This document shows, piece after piece, positions 1-10,317 of a stretch of DNA of 64,000 bases. The notes below the pieces were generated by a model that worked only from the letters and a program-made list of their open reading frames with translations, did not search any database and was not told the DNA's origin. Source of the stretch: an uncultured Verrucomicrobiota bacterium (GTDB lineage Bacteria; Verrucomicrobiota; Kiritimatiellia; JAAZAB01); the NCBI GenBank assembly GCA_964617825.1, contig CAZTWL010000006.1, positions 23,315 through 87,314 on the forward strand. The letters run 5' to 3'. Each line of letters opens with the position of its first letter. The stretch's first letter is position 1. A program made the translations under genes and the position numbers.

Positions 1-249
1 CCGCCGGCGTTCGCGCGCTTTTTTGGCGGAATAAGTCAATTCATTGTTCGCTCGCCCTGATCCCATGGTTCGCTTCCTTTCAATCCAAACGTTAGGTCCC
101 CGCTCTGCATCGGGGCATTCAACGGAAATGACGCCGCGCATACTATGCGATCGCGAGCGGGAAAGCAACACCGCACTGCGCCCAATCAACGCCTGCTGTC
201 CATGCCGATTGCGCAGCCCGGGGGAAGCCTGCGAACATCGACGCTTGCC

Positions 250-1395
250 TTACTTGGGCTGGGCCGGCGTCAAAAAATGCTGCTCAAAAGGCGCCCACAC
301 GATTTTCCTCTGCCACGTTCGAATCTGGGTGGCAACGTCCGGCGGCATGGGCTGGTCCGAATGCCGGGCTGCCCATTGCAGGACGTCGTTGGAAAGCATC
401 AGATAAGGTTCCAAACCGTAAGGCGCGGCGATGAGCGCGCGCCAGGCCTGCATGGCTTTCAAGCGCTGTTCATAGCCGGGTTTTGACCGGGGTCGTTTAA
501 TGAGGCGCGGGTGCAGTTCTTCCGGCGCCGTTTGACCCTGCCGGATCGCTTCCAGTAAACGCTGGGCGTTATGATCCCGGTACATGGCCGGATGCAGGCC
601 TTTGATCTGCCGGAATTCCTGGATGGTTTTGGGAGGCTGGTCGGCCATCCGCAGCAACAGGTCGTTACGCACAATAAAATGCACCGGCCGGTTGACGGAA
701 CGGGCCACTTCGTCGCGGAATCGGAAGAGCGTTCCCAGGATTGCCAGCTGACGCGGCGACAGCATGGAACTCTGCTTGATACGATGATGGGCCGGCGTAA
801 GATCGGGGACCGGTTCAAGCAGCTCCGCATAGCGGAACTCTTCCCGCGCCCAGTCCAGCCGGCCGAGCTTCACCAGCTTGGCGGTTAAAATCTCCTTAAG
901 TGCATGCAAGGAAGCCGTATCGCGCGCGGCGTAATCCAGCGCTTCCTTGGGGAGCGGACGCTTGAGCCAGTCGATTTTCTGGAATTTTTTGTCGGTCTGG
1001 ACGTTCAACAAATCCTGCAGGAGACTGGCCAGGCCGAATTTGCGAAACCCGCACAATTGGGCGGCGATTTTCGTGTCGAAAACATGACGCAGGTTCAAGC
1101 CATACACCTGGCGGCACGTGCGCCGGTCGAAATCGGCATCGTGCACGATCAATTCGACCTGACTGTCGCTGAAAATGGCGTTGAGCGGCGACAGGTCGAG
1201 GCCGGCCAGCGGATCGAAGATGAAATTGCGGTGTTCCGCCGTGGATATCTGGATCAGGGCGACATGCAGGCCGTAGTGGTGGCGCTGGTTTTCCATTTCC
1301 AAGTCCAACGCCAGGCAACGCTTCCCTTTCAAACAGGCCAGCGCATCCTGCAGGGTATTGGCGCGATCAATATATTCATAACTGAGTGCTTCCAT
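250..1395 (-). CDS. rnd: ribonuclease D (DEDD 3'-5' exonuclease + HRDC domain)
   Basis: 381-aa ORF. The N-terminal 3'-5' exonuclease motifs (LALDLE..., HDADFDRR) and the overall length with a C-terminal HRDC-like region are typical of RNase D. Confidence 0.75.
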   Translation of the reverse strand: MEALSYEYIDRANTLQDALACLKGKRCLALDLEMENQRHHYGLHVALIQISTAEHRNFIFDPLAGLDLSPLNAIFSDSQVELIVHDADFDRRTCRQVYGLNLRHVFDTKIAAQLCGFRKFGLASLLQDLLNVQTDKKFQKIDWLKRPLPKEALDYAARDTASLHALKEILTAKLVKLGRLDWAREEFRYAELLEPVPDLTPAHHRIKQSSMLSPRQLAILGTLFRFRDEVARSVNRPVHFIVRNDLLLRMADQPPKTIQEFRQIKGLHPAMYRDHNAQRLLEAIRQGQTAPEELHPRLIKRPRSKPGYEQRLKAMQAWRALIAAPYGLEPYLMLSNDVLQWAARHSDQPMPPDVATQIRTWQRKIVWAPFEQHFLTPAQPK

Positions 1396-1511
1396 TAGGT
1401 TTGAGCATACGCTCCCATGCGGCTTAATTCAATCCGATTTCTACGAAAGTGATTGCATGCCCGGCCCATGTTCGATAGGTTGATGCCAACCCATTAAGAG
1501 AAAGAGCCGCC

Positions 1512-2354
1512 ATGATTGACCTGCACACGCATTCGACATTTTCCGACGGCAGTCTGACGCCCGAACAGCTCGTGCGCGAAGCGGAGCGCGCCCAACTGGC
1601 CGCCCTGGCGCTCACGGACCATGACAGCATCGGCGGCCTGGAACGCTTTATGGCGGCCTGCTCCAAAAGCATCGTGCGTGGCGTGCCCGGCGTGGAAATC
1701 AGCGTCGATTGCAGTCCCAGCGACGCGACCATGCATATCCTGGGCTATTTCGTCGACACATCCAATGCGGAACTGATTGAACATGTCAACCGGCTTCGCG
1801 ACGGCCGCCAGCATCGCAACGAGGAAATTCTTAAGCGGCTGAATGCGATGGGCCTGGTCGTCAACATGCAGGAAATCGCCGCATATGCCGGCGAAAACAA
1901 CGTCGGGCGCTTGCACTTTGCCCTGGCTCTCGTGGCGCGCGGCTACGTCCGCACCACCCAGGAGGCCTTCGATAAATACCTGGCCAAGGGCAAGGCCGGT
2001 TATGCCAACCGGGTGCGTTTTACGCCCCTCGGAGGCGTGGAAATGATTCGCAAGGCCGGCGGCATCGCCGTGTTGGCCCATCCCTTCACCCTGAAACTTG
2101 GCAAACAGGCGCTGACCGATTGCGTGCGCGAGCTGGTGCAGGGCGGGCTGCAGGGCATCGAAATCTATTATCCCCAGCATGCGCCCAAACTGGTCCGGCA
2201 ATATCTCGATCTGGCCGAACAATTTCACCTGGTTGCCACGGGCGGCTCCGATTTCCACGGAACGTCCATGCCGGATGTCAAGCTCGGGCGCGGATTCGGC
2301 GTGCTCAACGTGCCCAATACGGTGCTGGAGCAATTGGATGCGCTCCGCGCGTAA
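1512..2354 (+). CDS. PHP-domain phosphoesterase (TrpH/YciV-like 3',5'-nucleoside bisphosphate phosphatase)
   Basis: The N-terminus MIDLHTHSTFSDGS plus an LTDHD motif are PHP metal-binding histidine motifs. The 280-aa length matches TrpH/YciV. Confidence 0.7.
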   Translation: MIDLHTHSTFSDGSLTPEQLVREAERAQLAALALTDHDSIGGLERFMAACSKSIVRGVPGVEISVDCSPSDATMHILGYFVDTSNAELIEHVNRLRDGRQHRNEEILKRLNAMGLVVNMQEIAAYAGENNVGRLHFALALVARGYVRTTQEAFDKYLAKGKAGYANRVRFTPLGGVEMIRKAGGIAVLAHPFTLKLGKQALTDCVRELVQGGLQGIEIYYPQHAPKLVRQYLDLAEQFHLVATGGSDFHGTSMPDVKLGRGFGVLNVPNTVLEQLDALRA

Positions 2355-3453
2355 CATCACCGGCCTTTACGTGCATGTCCCTTTCTGCGACGGCAAATGC
2401 GCCTACTGCGCGTTTTATTCCGTGCGCTTTCAGCCGGAGCTTGCCGACCGCTACCTGGATTGCCTGGAACGCGAGTTCGCGGCCGCATTGCCCCTGGCGC
2501 CGGAAACGATTTATATCGGCGGCGGCACACCCTCAATCCTTGCGGTGCGCCAGCTTGAGCGCCTGTGCCGCTTGCTGGCCGGCCAGGTTGACGACCGCCG
2601 GCTGGCGGAGTGGTCGGTTGAAATCAACCCCGGTTCGCTGGATGGCGCCAAGGCCGCGGTTTTGGCGGCGGCGGGCGTGAATCGGGTCAGCCTGGGAGCG
2701 CAGTCTTTCGATGATCGCATTCTGCAAACCCTGGGTCGCCGCCATGCGGCGGCGGACACGGTCGAGGCGGTTGCCATCCTGCGCGCCGCGGGCATTACGA
2801 ACATCGGGCTGGACCTGATTGCCTGCGTGCCGGGATGCACGCGCGCCCTTTGGCGCCAAACGCTCCGGCAAGCTCTGGCGCTGGCGCCGGCGCATTTGTC
2901 CATATATGCCCTGACCAACGAGGAAGGGACTCGTCTGCACCGGGCCGTCGGGCGGGGTGAGGCCGCTTTGCTTGCGGACGAAGACCAGCTGGCCATGCTG
3001 GATTTGGCCGAATCCGAATTGGCCCAAGCCGGGTTCGGGCGCTATGAAATTTCGAATTATGCGCGCCGTGGTTTCGAATGCCGCCATAACTTGGCCTGCT
3101 GGCGGGGCGAGGAATATATCGGGCTTGGACCGGCGGCCGCCTCGCATGTCGGCCTCGAACGCTGGACCAACCGGTCCGATATCGGCGCTTACCTGGCGGC
3201 GGTCGAAGCCGGTCGCAATCCTCCATGCGCAAGGGAAACCTTGACCCCGGCGCTCAAGCGGCAGGAGCTGGTGATTTTCGGCCTGCGCATGGCCGAGGGT
3301 GTGGACGCGGCGGGTTTTACGGAATATGCGCCTGCCTTGGAGCGGCTGCGGATGGAAGGGTTGGTGGCTTTGTGCGGTGGCCGTTGGCAATTGACCGCGC
3401 GCGGCCGCAATTTGGCCGATTACGTGGCTGTGGAATTGATGGCCGGGCAATAA
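2338..3453 (+). CDS. hemW: radical SAM heme chaperone HemW (oxygen-independent coproporphyrinogen-III oxidase-like)
   Basis: Carries the CxxxCxxC radical-SAM motif (VPFCDGKCAYCAF) right after an internal ATG at 2338. The HemN-like C-terminal domain is present. The six-frame ORF extends upstream to 2179, overlapping the previous gene, and that stretch is probably not coding. Confidence 0.75.
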   Translation: MRSARNITGLYVHVPFCDGKCAYCAFYSVRFQPELADRYLDCLEREFAAALPLAPETIYIGGGTPSILAVRQLERLCRLLAGQVDDRRLAEWSVEINPGSLDGAKAAVLAAAGVNRVSLGAQSFDDRILQTLGRRHAAADTVEAVAILRAAGITNIGLDLIACVPGCTRALWRQTLRQALALAPAHLSIYALTNEEGTRLHRAVGRGEAALLADEDQLAMLDLAESELAQAGFGRYEISNYARRGFECRHNLACWRGEEYIGLGPAAASHVGLERWTNRSDIGAYLAAVEAGRNPPCARETLTPALKRQELVIFGLRMAEGVDAAGFTEYAPALERLRMEGLVALCGGRWQLTARGRNLADYVAVELMAGQ

Positions 3454-3506
3454 AAAGGGCGCCCCAATGCAATTGGGACGCCCTTTATTATAATTTGATC
3501 CGCGCT

Positions 3507-6170
3507 TTACCAGGGCGAGGTCCAGCGGTACCACCCATAGGCGGAGAGCATAATCGTCCACTTCCCGGTGACGTAATTATAGATTGCCGGATCGTCCGTG
3601 CCATCCCCGTCATAATCCGCCGGCACCGGAATGCACCGGCCGCTGCCCAGGAAAACGCCATAAGCCGCCGAGTCATATTCCCAGGAACTGTATGCAGACA
3701 GTTTGATGCGCAACCGTCCGGTGCCGGGCTCGTAGATGGCCGGATCCGCGCAGCCGTCGCCATCGTAATCCGCCACGGCGGGAACATAAGCCTGGCCGCC
3801 AAAGGATACGAGCGTGACAACCGAGGCTCCGAACATGACTTTCCAAGTTCCGGTGGAAGGTTGGTAGGTTGCCATTTCCGCCGTGCCGTCGCCGTTATAA
3901 TCGGCCGATGCCGCCATCGAGCCTTCGCCGCCCATGGTCTTCAATATCGTTGCATACGCATTCTTCGACATGCGTAACCGCCATTCCGCGGTTCCATCCT
4001 TGTAAACCGTGGGATCGGCCAAGCCGTCCCCGTCATAATCGGCTGCGGACGGCAGGCATCCGGCCACATCGATCAAACCTGAGAATGTGGCGATATCGTA
4101 GTTGTAACGCGACAACGCGATTTGCCATTGGCCTGTGCATGCCTGATATGCCGCCGGATCGGCCAAGCCGTCCCCGTCAAAATCGGCGGTCACCAGCCGG
4201 TAGCCGGGTCCGCCGATCGTGAAATTGTAGGTCAGCAGGTCATAGAGCCTGGTCGACAAACGCACCGAAAATTTGGCGCTGGCGGCATCGTAAAGGGCAA
4301 AATCGGTCTGGCCGTCTCCGTCGTAATCGGCGCCGCCCGCGTCGTTGGCCGGAATTGTTGGCGCATAGCCCCAGGTAAAGCTGGACCCGACCTGAACCGG
4401 GACTAACGAAGCGCCATTGGCATTGCCTGACTGGCCATAATTATTGGCGCCCCAGGCCCAGAGCGAGCCATCCGCCTTGAGCGCCAGGCAATGCCAGACG
4501 CCGACGGAAATCGCCACCCAGTCATTATCTGTGCCGATGCGGATGGGTACGGCTTGAACATGTGCGGTTACAGTATATAAATCAAGGTCATAGTCTAACC
4601 AGCTGTAGCCCCAGGCCCAGAGCGAGCCATCCGCCTTGAGCGCCAGGCATTGCGGATTCACATCGGTTATTTGACACATGTATGACACTTGATTCACAAT
4701 TGTCTGGTTCCGCATGGAAACGGCAATCGCGGTCCAATTACTGTCTGTCCCCACGCGGGTGGGCACATCGGTCCTCATCACGTTGGTGCCCAGCCCCAGC
4801 CGGCCATAGGCAAAGGCATAATTGTCGGTATAAGCAATATCCTTGTAAACGCTGTAAACGAGGCCGGGCCACCAAACGTACCCATTGTCGCCCCAGGCCC
4901 AGAGCGAACCATCGGTTTTGATCGCAAAGCTGCATGCCGCCCCGGCGGCAACCTTGGCCCAATCGGAGTCGGCGCCCACACGGGTAGGCGTGTTAGTCGC
5001 GAGCAGCGTCGAGGCGCCCAAGCCCAGCACGCCGTAAAAATTAGTCCAAATCAAATCGTATTCTCCGTTGGTGTCGATGGCATAAACCTCTTTGGTCCAG
5101 GCGTTCTGGCCCCAGGCCCAGAGCGAGCCGTCCGACTTGACCGCCAAACTATGGTCGCACCCGGCCGCGGCGGTCACCCAATCCGTGGCGGTCCCGATTT
5201 GTGTGGGCGCCGTCACCGGTTGGATATAATCGTTGCAGACGTATTCGCTGGTTGAGCCGATTCCATTGGTTTCCGCCCAGGTTGTCACCAGCAGATCGAG
5301 CCCCAAGCCCAGGGCGCCCTTTGCATAATTGATCGTGCGATTGGTGGCGCTATTGATCGCGATGGTGCAGGTCCCTTTGCCGTCATAGCCCCAGCTCCAC
5401 AGGGAACCGTTTTGCTTCAGCGCCAGCGTGTGCTCGCTGCCGGGAGCGACATCCAGCCAGTCGGAATCCGTTCCGATGCGCGTGGGCGTCCCGACACTGG
5501 CGGAATAAATATTGGTGACGATGTTCGTGGTAACAGTTGATGTCAAATTCTTGGCCACGGTAAGCTTATAGGTATGGTTGGTATAAATAAACGTTTCGGC
5601 CACTATCCGGTTGCCCAGGCCGAGCGCGCCCCGGCCGACATACAACGTCGCTGGCTCATTGGTCGTATACACCTCGCAAAGATCGCCGTCGTAGCCCCAG
5701 GCCCAGAGCGACCCGTCTTTCTGCAAGCCGAAGGCATGATGGGCATTCGCGGGCAGGTAGCTGGTCAGATCGTATTCGTATTCGTAGCTTATCCCGGGAG
5801 CAGCATAAATGCCTACCCAATTTGCGCCGGAGCCGACCCGCGTGGGCGTGTTGGTTGAATACCCGGTGGTAATGTAATGGCCCTTGCGCACGGTGGCGGC
5901 TGCGAACAGGGCTTTGCTCAAACAGCGCGGCAGATTCAAGCCCAATTGATTGGCTTCCTGCATCAGGGACAGGTCATCGACAGTGTAGTCCGCTACAAGG
6001 AGAGTCTGGTTGCCGTTATAGCCCCAGGCCCAGAGCGAGCCGTCGGCTTGCAAACCGAAACTGCCGTCAAAGCCGGCGGAAATGACGCCGGCCTGCGCAG
6101 GGACCGAACCGCTGGAGAGGAACCCGGCGGCGATACCGATTGCACACCAAAATTTAAGTTTCACACTCAT
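3507..6170 (-). CDS. large secreted repeat protein: RCC1-like (DGSLWAWG) beta-propeller repeats + FG-GAP/VCBS (ADYDGDG) repeats
   Basis: The six-frame ORF is 916 aa. The probable start is at 6170 (MSVKLKF...), followed by a signal peptide. It has more than 8 'DGSLW(A/S)WG(Y/D/Q)' repeats and more than 5 'DxDGDG...D' calcium-binding-like FG-GAP repeats near the C-terminus. Confidence 0.7.
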   Translation of the reverse strand: MSVKLKFWCAIGIAAGFLSSGSVPAQAGVISAGFDGSFGLQADGSLWAWGYNGNQTLLVADYTVDDLSLMQEANQLGLNLPRCLSKALFAAATVRKGHYITTGYSTNTPTRVGSGANWVGIYAAPGISYEYEYDLTSYLPANAHHAFGLQKDGSLWAWGYDGDLCEVYTTNEPATLYVGRGALGLGNRIVAETFIYTNHTYKLTVAKNLTSTVTTNIVTNIYSASVGTPTRIGTDSDWLDVAPGSEHTLALKQNGSLWSWGYDGKGTCTIAINSATNRTINYAKGALGLGLDLLVTTWAETNGIGSTSEYVCNDYIQPVTAPTQIGTATDWVTAAAGCDHSLAVKSDGSLWAWGQNAWTKEVYAIDTNGEYDLIWTNFYGVLGLGASTLLATNTPTRVGADSDWAKVAAGAACSFAIKTDGSLWAWGDNGYVWWPGLVYSVYKDIAYTDNYAFAYGRLGLGTNVMRTDVPTRVGTDSNWTAIAVSMRNQTIVNQVSYMCQITDVNPQCLALKADGSLWAWGYSWLDYDLDLYTVTAHVQAVPIRIGTDNDWVAISVGVWHCLALKADGSLWAWGANNYGQSGNANGASLVPVQVGSSFTWGYAPTIPANDAGGADYDGDGQTDFALYDAASAKFSVRLSTRLYDLLTYNFTIGGPGYRLVTADFDGDGLADPAAYQACTGQWQIALSRYNYDIATFSGLIDVAGCLPSAADYDGDGLADPTVYKDGTAEWRLRMSKNAYATILKTMGGEGSMAASADYNGDGTAEMATYQPSTGTWKVMFGASVVTLVSFGGQAYVPAVADYDGDGCADPAIYEPGTGRLRIKLSAYSSWEYDSAAYGVFLGSGRCIPVPADYDGDGTDDPAIYNYVTGKWTIMLSAYGWYRWTSPW

Positions 6171-6395
6171 TGGCTTTGCCTCCGGACTGTTGATTGCCGT
6201 CTGTTCGAAAATCGCCTTGTTACCAGCAACACCTCGCCTTCCAATCCTCCTTTCCAAAACAGTTCCACCCTTTCCCGCAGGCGAGGAAGATTTTTACGCG
6301 CAGACCCTGCGGTCTTTCAATTTAATAAGATGGATTAATATACGTGACATTCCTGCAATACAAGAAAATACTTTGTTCTTTACCGGCAATGAATT

Positions 6396-7310
6396 ATGAT
6401 GCCCGCGGATTTTATGGGAGCAAGCATGCCGTCAAACTGGACCAAAGCGCTGATGGAACTGATTCGGCGGACCTCGGCGGACCTGCCGCAGGATGTGGAA
6501 GCGGCCCTGCGCAAGGCCCGACGGCATGAAAAGCCGCAGTCTTCTGCGCGCTGGGCGCTCGATACCATCCTGGCCAATATCCGGTTGGCGCGCGAACGCC
6601 GGGCGCCGCTCTGCCAGGACACGGGCACGCTGATGTTTTACTGCACAATCCCCCTGCGTTTCGACACCCGCCGGTTGACCGCCGCCATCAATGCGGCTGT
6701 GCGCCAGGCCACGGTTCTGGGCAGCCTGCGGCCTAATGCGATCGATCCGCTCACGGGGTGTTCCTGTAGCAATAATCTCGGACCCGGCGCGCCGGTGATC
6801 CATTTTGAGTTCGCTCCGTGCCGGAACGTGGCCGTCCGGCTTGTCATGAAGGGCGGCGGCAGCGAGAACGTGAGCACCCAGTTCAGCCTGCCGGATGTGC
6901 GCCTCAAGGCCGGGCGCGATTTGGAAGGCGTGCGCCGCTGTCTGCTTGCGGCCGTGGTGCAGGCCCAGGGCAACGGGTGCGCGCCCGGCGTCCTGGGCGT
7001 TTGCATCGGCGGCGACCGTGCCACCGGCGCCGCCTGCGCCAAGCGCCAGTTCCTGCGGCCCTTAAACGACCACGCCCCGGACAAGTCGCTGGCCGCGCTG
7101 GAGCGCCAGGCGCTGGCCGACGCGCAAAAGCTGGGCATCGGGCCCATGGGCTTTGGCGGCGCCACCACGCTTTTGGGCGTCAAGATCGGTGCCCTGACCC
7201 GTTTGCCGGCCTGTTATTTTGTGAGCGTGGCTTACATGTGCTGGGCGTTTCGCCGGCGGGGCATCGTGCTGGATGCCGCCGGCCGAGTTGTGCGCTCATT
7301 GTACGATTGA
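6396..7310 (+). CDS. Fe-S hydro-lyase alpha subunit (class I fumarate hydratase / L(+)-tartrate dehydratase alpha-type)
   Basis: A CQDTG motif and Cys residues conserved in the FumA N-terminal catalytic domain are present. It is followed directly by the beta-type subunit gene. The start may be at 6426. Confidence 0.7.
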   Translation: MMPADFMGASMPSNWTKALMELIRRTSADLPQDVEAALRKARRHEKPQSSARWALDTILANIRLARERRAPLCQDTGTLMFYCTIPLRFDTRRLTAAINAAVRQATVLGSLRPNAIDPLTGCSCSNNLGPGAPVIHFEFAPCRNVAVRLVMKGGGSENVSTQFSLPDVRLKAGRDLEGVRRCLLAAVVQAQGNGCAPGVLGVCIGGDRATGAACAKRQFLRPLNDHAPDKSLAALERQALADAQKLGIGPMGFGGATTLLGVKIGALTRLPACYFVSVAYMCWAFRRRGIVLDAAGRVVRSLYD

Positions 7311-7342
7311 AAAGTGGCCGCACCTGAGGGCTGTAGGTCGAT

Positions 7343-7942
7343 ATGCAGATGAGGCGGCCGATGACGGAAAATCGAAAATCAAAAATGCCCGTAATCCTGA
7401 CATATCCATTTACCCCGGCGGCCGTGCGCCGGCTGAAAGTTGGCCAACAGGTGCTCCTTTCCGGAAGGATTTTCACCGGTCGCGACCGGCTGCATAAATT
7501 TTTGGCGGAAGGCGGGCGCGCGCCGGTCTCCTTGAAGCATGGGGCCATCTACCATTGCGGGCCGGTGGTGATCAGGGAAAAGGGCCAGTGGCGCGTGCGC
7601 GCTGCCGGGCCGACCACTTCCATCCGCGAAGAGCCCTACATGCCGGCAATCATCGGGCAGCAGGGCCTGACGGTGATTATCGGCAAAGGCGGAATGGGCG
7701 CGGGCACGCTGCAGGCTTGCCGCCGCTACGGGTGCGTTTACCTCCATGCCGTGGGCGGAGCCGCCCAGGTCCTGGCCGATGCGGTCAAAAATGTCGGCGG
7801 GGTCCATTTCCGGGAAACCTTTGGGCCGACGGAAGCTTTGTGGGAGCTGGAAGTCGTCGATTTTCCCTGCCTGGTGACAATGGATGCGCACGGTCACAGT
7901 TTACATGCTGCGATTGCCCAGCGGTCGGCAAACCGAATATAA
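7343..7942 (+). CDS. Fe-S hydro-lyase beta subunit (class I fumarate hydratase C-terminal-type)
   Basis: The GKGGMG motif and its size match FumA C-terminal / TtdB-type subunits. It is adjacent to the alpha subunit. An alternative start is at 7361. Confidence 0.7.
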   Translation: MQMRRPMTENRKSKMPVILTYPFTPAAVRRLKVGQQVLLSGRIFTGRDRLHKFLAEGGRAPVSLKHGAIYHCGPVVIREKGQWRVRAAGPTTSIREEPYMPAIIGQQGLTVIIGKGGMGAGTLQACRRYGCVYLHAVGGAAQVLADAVKNVGGVHFRETFGPTEALWELEVVDFPCLVTMDAHGHSLHAAIAQRSANRI

Positions 7943-7979
7943 AGACAAGTAATGTCCGTGAATTGAGTTAAAAAACGCC

Positions 7980-8909
7980 ATGCGCATAATTTTCATGGGT
8001 TCAGCGGAGTTGGCTTGTCCCTGCCTTGATCGCCTGCTGGCCAATCCGGCGGACCGGGTTGTCGGCGTGGTGACCCAGCCGGATCGGCCCAAGGGGCGCG
8101 CGCTCCGGATGGCGCCCTGTCCGGTGCATGCGCATGTGGCGGGGCGGGGCATTCCCGTCATGACGCCTGATAATATCAACGCACCCGAAAGCGTGGCCGC
8201 GCTGCGGGCCTTGGCGCCGGACCTGATTGTTGTGGTGGCCTACGGCCAGTTCCTGAAGGCGGAGATCCTGACGATGGCCAGGCTCGGACCGGCCATCAAT
8301 GTGCATGCCTCGCTCCTGCCGAAATACCGCGGGGCGGCGCCCATCCAATGGGCGGTGGCCAACGGCGAATCGGAAACCGGCGTCACCACGATGTTTGTCA
8401 ATGCGCGCATGGATGCCGGCGACATGATCGATCGGCTGGTGGAACCGATCCGGCCGGAGGATACGGCCGGCAGTCTGCATGATCGCCTGGCCCGCTGCGG
8501 GGCGGACCTGCTGGCGCGAACGATCGAGGCCGCGCGGCAAGGGACGATCCGCGGCCAGCCGCAGAACGAGGCGGAGGCCACTTTTGCGCCGCGCATCAAA
8601 AAAGCCGATGGACATATCGATTGGCGCCTGCCGGCCATGCAGATCCATAATCGCGTGCGGGGCTTTAATCCCTGGCCGGGCTGCTCCTGCGAACTGCCCC
8701 CGGCGGGTATTGTCCGCGTTTTGAAAACGCGGGTGGAGCCCGGACGTAATGCGGCGGCGGGCGTCATCCTGGAAGCTGCCGGCGAGGGGCCCTTGATTCA
8801 GTCCGGAAAGGATGCCCTGCGCCTTCTGGAGGTCCAGCCGGAAGGCCGCAAAGTCATGACCGGCGCCGCCTTCCTCCGCGGCCATCCGCTGGCCGCCGGC
8901 AACCTTTAA
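7980..8909 (+). CDS. fmt: methionyl-tRNA formyltransferase
   Basis: A formyl-transferase N-domain with the SLLPKYRGAAPIQWA motif and a C-terminal Fmt domain are present. The 309-aa length fits Fmt. Confidence 0.85.
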   Translation: MRIIFMGSAELACPCLDRLLANPADRVVGVVTQPDRPKGRALRMAPCPVHAHVAGRGIPVMTPDNINAPESVAALRALAPDLIVVVAYGQFLKAEILTMARLGPAINVHASLLPKYRGAAPIQWAVANGESETGVTTMFVNARMDAGDMIDRLVEPIRPEDTAGSLHDRLARCGADLLARTIEAARQGTIRGQPQNEAEATFAPRIKKADGHIDWRLPAMQIHNRVRGFNPWPGCSCELPPAGIVRVLKTRVEPGRNAAAGVILEAAGEGPLIQSGKDALRLLEVQPEGRKVMTGAAFLRGHPLAAGNL

Positions 8910-9958
8910 TTGTTGACGGCGACGCGGCGGCCGGTGCGGTGCGACTTGTAGATTGCCAGCACGATTTCCACCGTGTGCCGCGCCGAAGCGGCGGGCACGA
9001 ACGGCGGCCGGTGCGACCGAATTGCATCGACAAAATCGGCGATTTGAGCCGGATGGCCCAGGCCATAATAGTCCTTGCCGACCGCCAGGGCGGGATCCTC
9101 GTTGAGCGCCGCCATTTCAGCCTGGATGCGTTCGGCCAGCGCCTTGTCGCCAAACACAATCTTGGCCGACTTGTTATTGCGCATTTCCACCGATCCGGCC
9201 GTGCCATGAATTGACAATGTTGAATCCCAGCCGAAGTGACTCGAGCTCGTGGCCTCGATTGTTCCCAACGCGCCTGACTTGAACTGGAGTGCGGCCGTGG
9301 CCGTGTCTTCCGTCTCGATTACGCCCTGGTGCGTCAGGTTGGTGCATGTGCCGCTGACTGACGCCACGCCGCCCATGATCCAGGCCAGGGAGTCGATAAA
9401 GTGGATGGCCTGGTTGATGAGGACCGAGCCGCCCTCCATTTCCCACGTGCCGCGCCACTTGTCAGCCCGGTAATATTCGTTGGTTCGCAGACAGAACACC
9501 TGGGTGTTGGCCGTCAGGATTGTCCCGAAGGTTCCTTCGTCAACCAGCCGCTTCATATAGCGGACAACCGGTTCGAACCGATGCTGGAACACGCCCTCGA
9601 ATACCAGTTCCGGGTGTTTGGCGTGCGCCGCCAGCATGGCCTGCATCTTGGCCGATGTTGCAGACAGGGCTTTTTCGCAAAGCACATGCTTGCCGGCCTT
9701 GAGCGCCGCCACCGCAATCGGAGAGTGGGACGCATGATCGGTGCAGATCGAAATGCCGGCAACCGACTTGTCTTTTAATACCTGGCGGAAGTCCGTCGTT
9801 GTTTTGGCGATGCCATAGGTCTCGGCCGCTTTTTTGGCCTTGGCTTCCACCAGGTCGCAGGCCCAAGCCAGTTCCACGTCCGGCAGTTTGCGATAGCTTG
9901 CCAAATGACTGGGCGAGACCACGCCGCAGCCGATGATTCCAATCCTGATTTTATTCAT
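8906..9958 (-). CDS. Gfo/Idh/MocA family NAD(P)-dependent oxidoreductase
   Basis: It has an N-terminal Rossmann fold (IGIIGCG) and an EKP/EKA motif (HVLCEKALS). The 350-aa length fits the family. Confidence 0.8.
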   Translation of the reverse strand: MNKIRIGIIGCGVVSPSHLASYRKLPDVELAWACDLVEAKAKKAAETYGIAKTTTDFRQVLKDKSVAGISICTDHASHSPIAVAALKAGKHVLCEKALSATSAKMQAMLAAHAKHPELVFEGVFQHRFEPVVRYMKRLVDEGTFGTILTANTQVFCLRTNEYYRADKWRGTWEMEGGSVLINQAIHFIDSLAWIMGGVASVSGTCTNLTHQGVIETEDTATAALQFKSGALGTIEATSSSHFGWDSTLSIHGTAGSVEMRNNKSAKIVFGDKALAERIQAEMAALNEDPALAVGKDYYGLGHPAQIADFVDAIRSHRPPFVPAASARHTVEIVLAIYKSHRTGRRVAVNN

Positions 9959-10075
9959 ATTTTCATTCTTGTGGATGCCTGCAGTTATGTGCGGAATCCA
10001 AGGTTAAGCAACGCGGTTACAAATCAATGTTATGCACTTCCGCCGGCGGCGGATAAAGTCATCATCAATCAGGTC

Positions 10076-10274
10076 CACTGGCGTCCTACAGGGGGGCGCC
10101 TCGGACTGTAGACTGCAGGCCGAAGGCTGTAGGTCGGAATCGAATAAATCCAAGTTGGAAAAACTGGAACTGAGGATTTTGAAGAGCTTTTCATAATCAT
10201 CGCTTTTCTTGGTGTTTTCCTACGGTCTACGGCCCACAGCCCTCAGCCAGAGCATCCTGTGGGATGCTAATGAA
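10076..10274. repeat. MITE-like intergenic repeat, family A (about 200 bp, about 45-bp terminal inverted repeats)
   Basis: It starts with CACTGGCGTCC... and ends with ...CATCCTGTGGGATGCTAATGAA. It is nearly identical, in reverse complement, to copies at 15814-15995 and 24695-24885. Confidence 0.8.
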
Positions 10275-10317
10275 TCAGGTCATAACGTTTTTGGCGCCAA
10301 ACGTTGCCATAAGATTT

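Noticed and set aside
2179-2337. Upstream extension of the hemW ORF to 2179
   Set aside because: It overlaps the PHP gene in another frame by about 175 nt. The conserved radical-SAM N-terminus begins right after the internal ATG at 2338.
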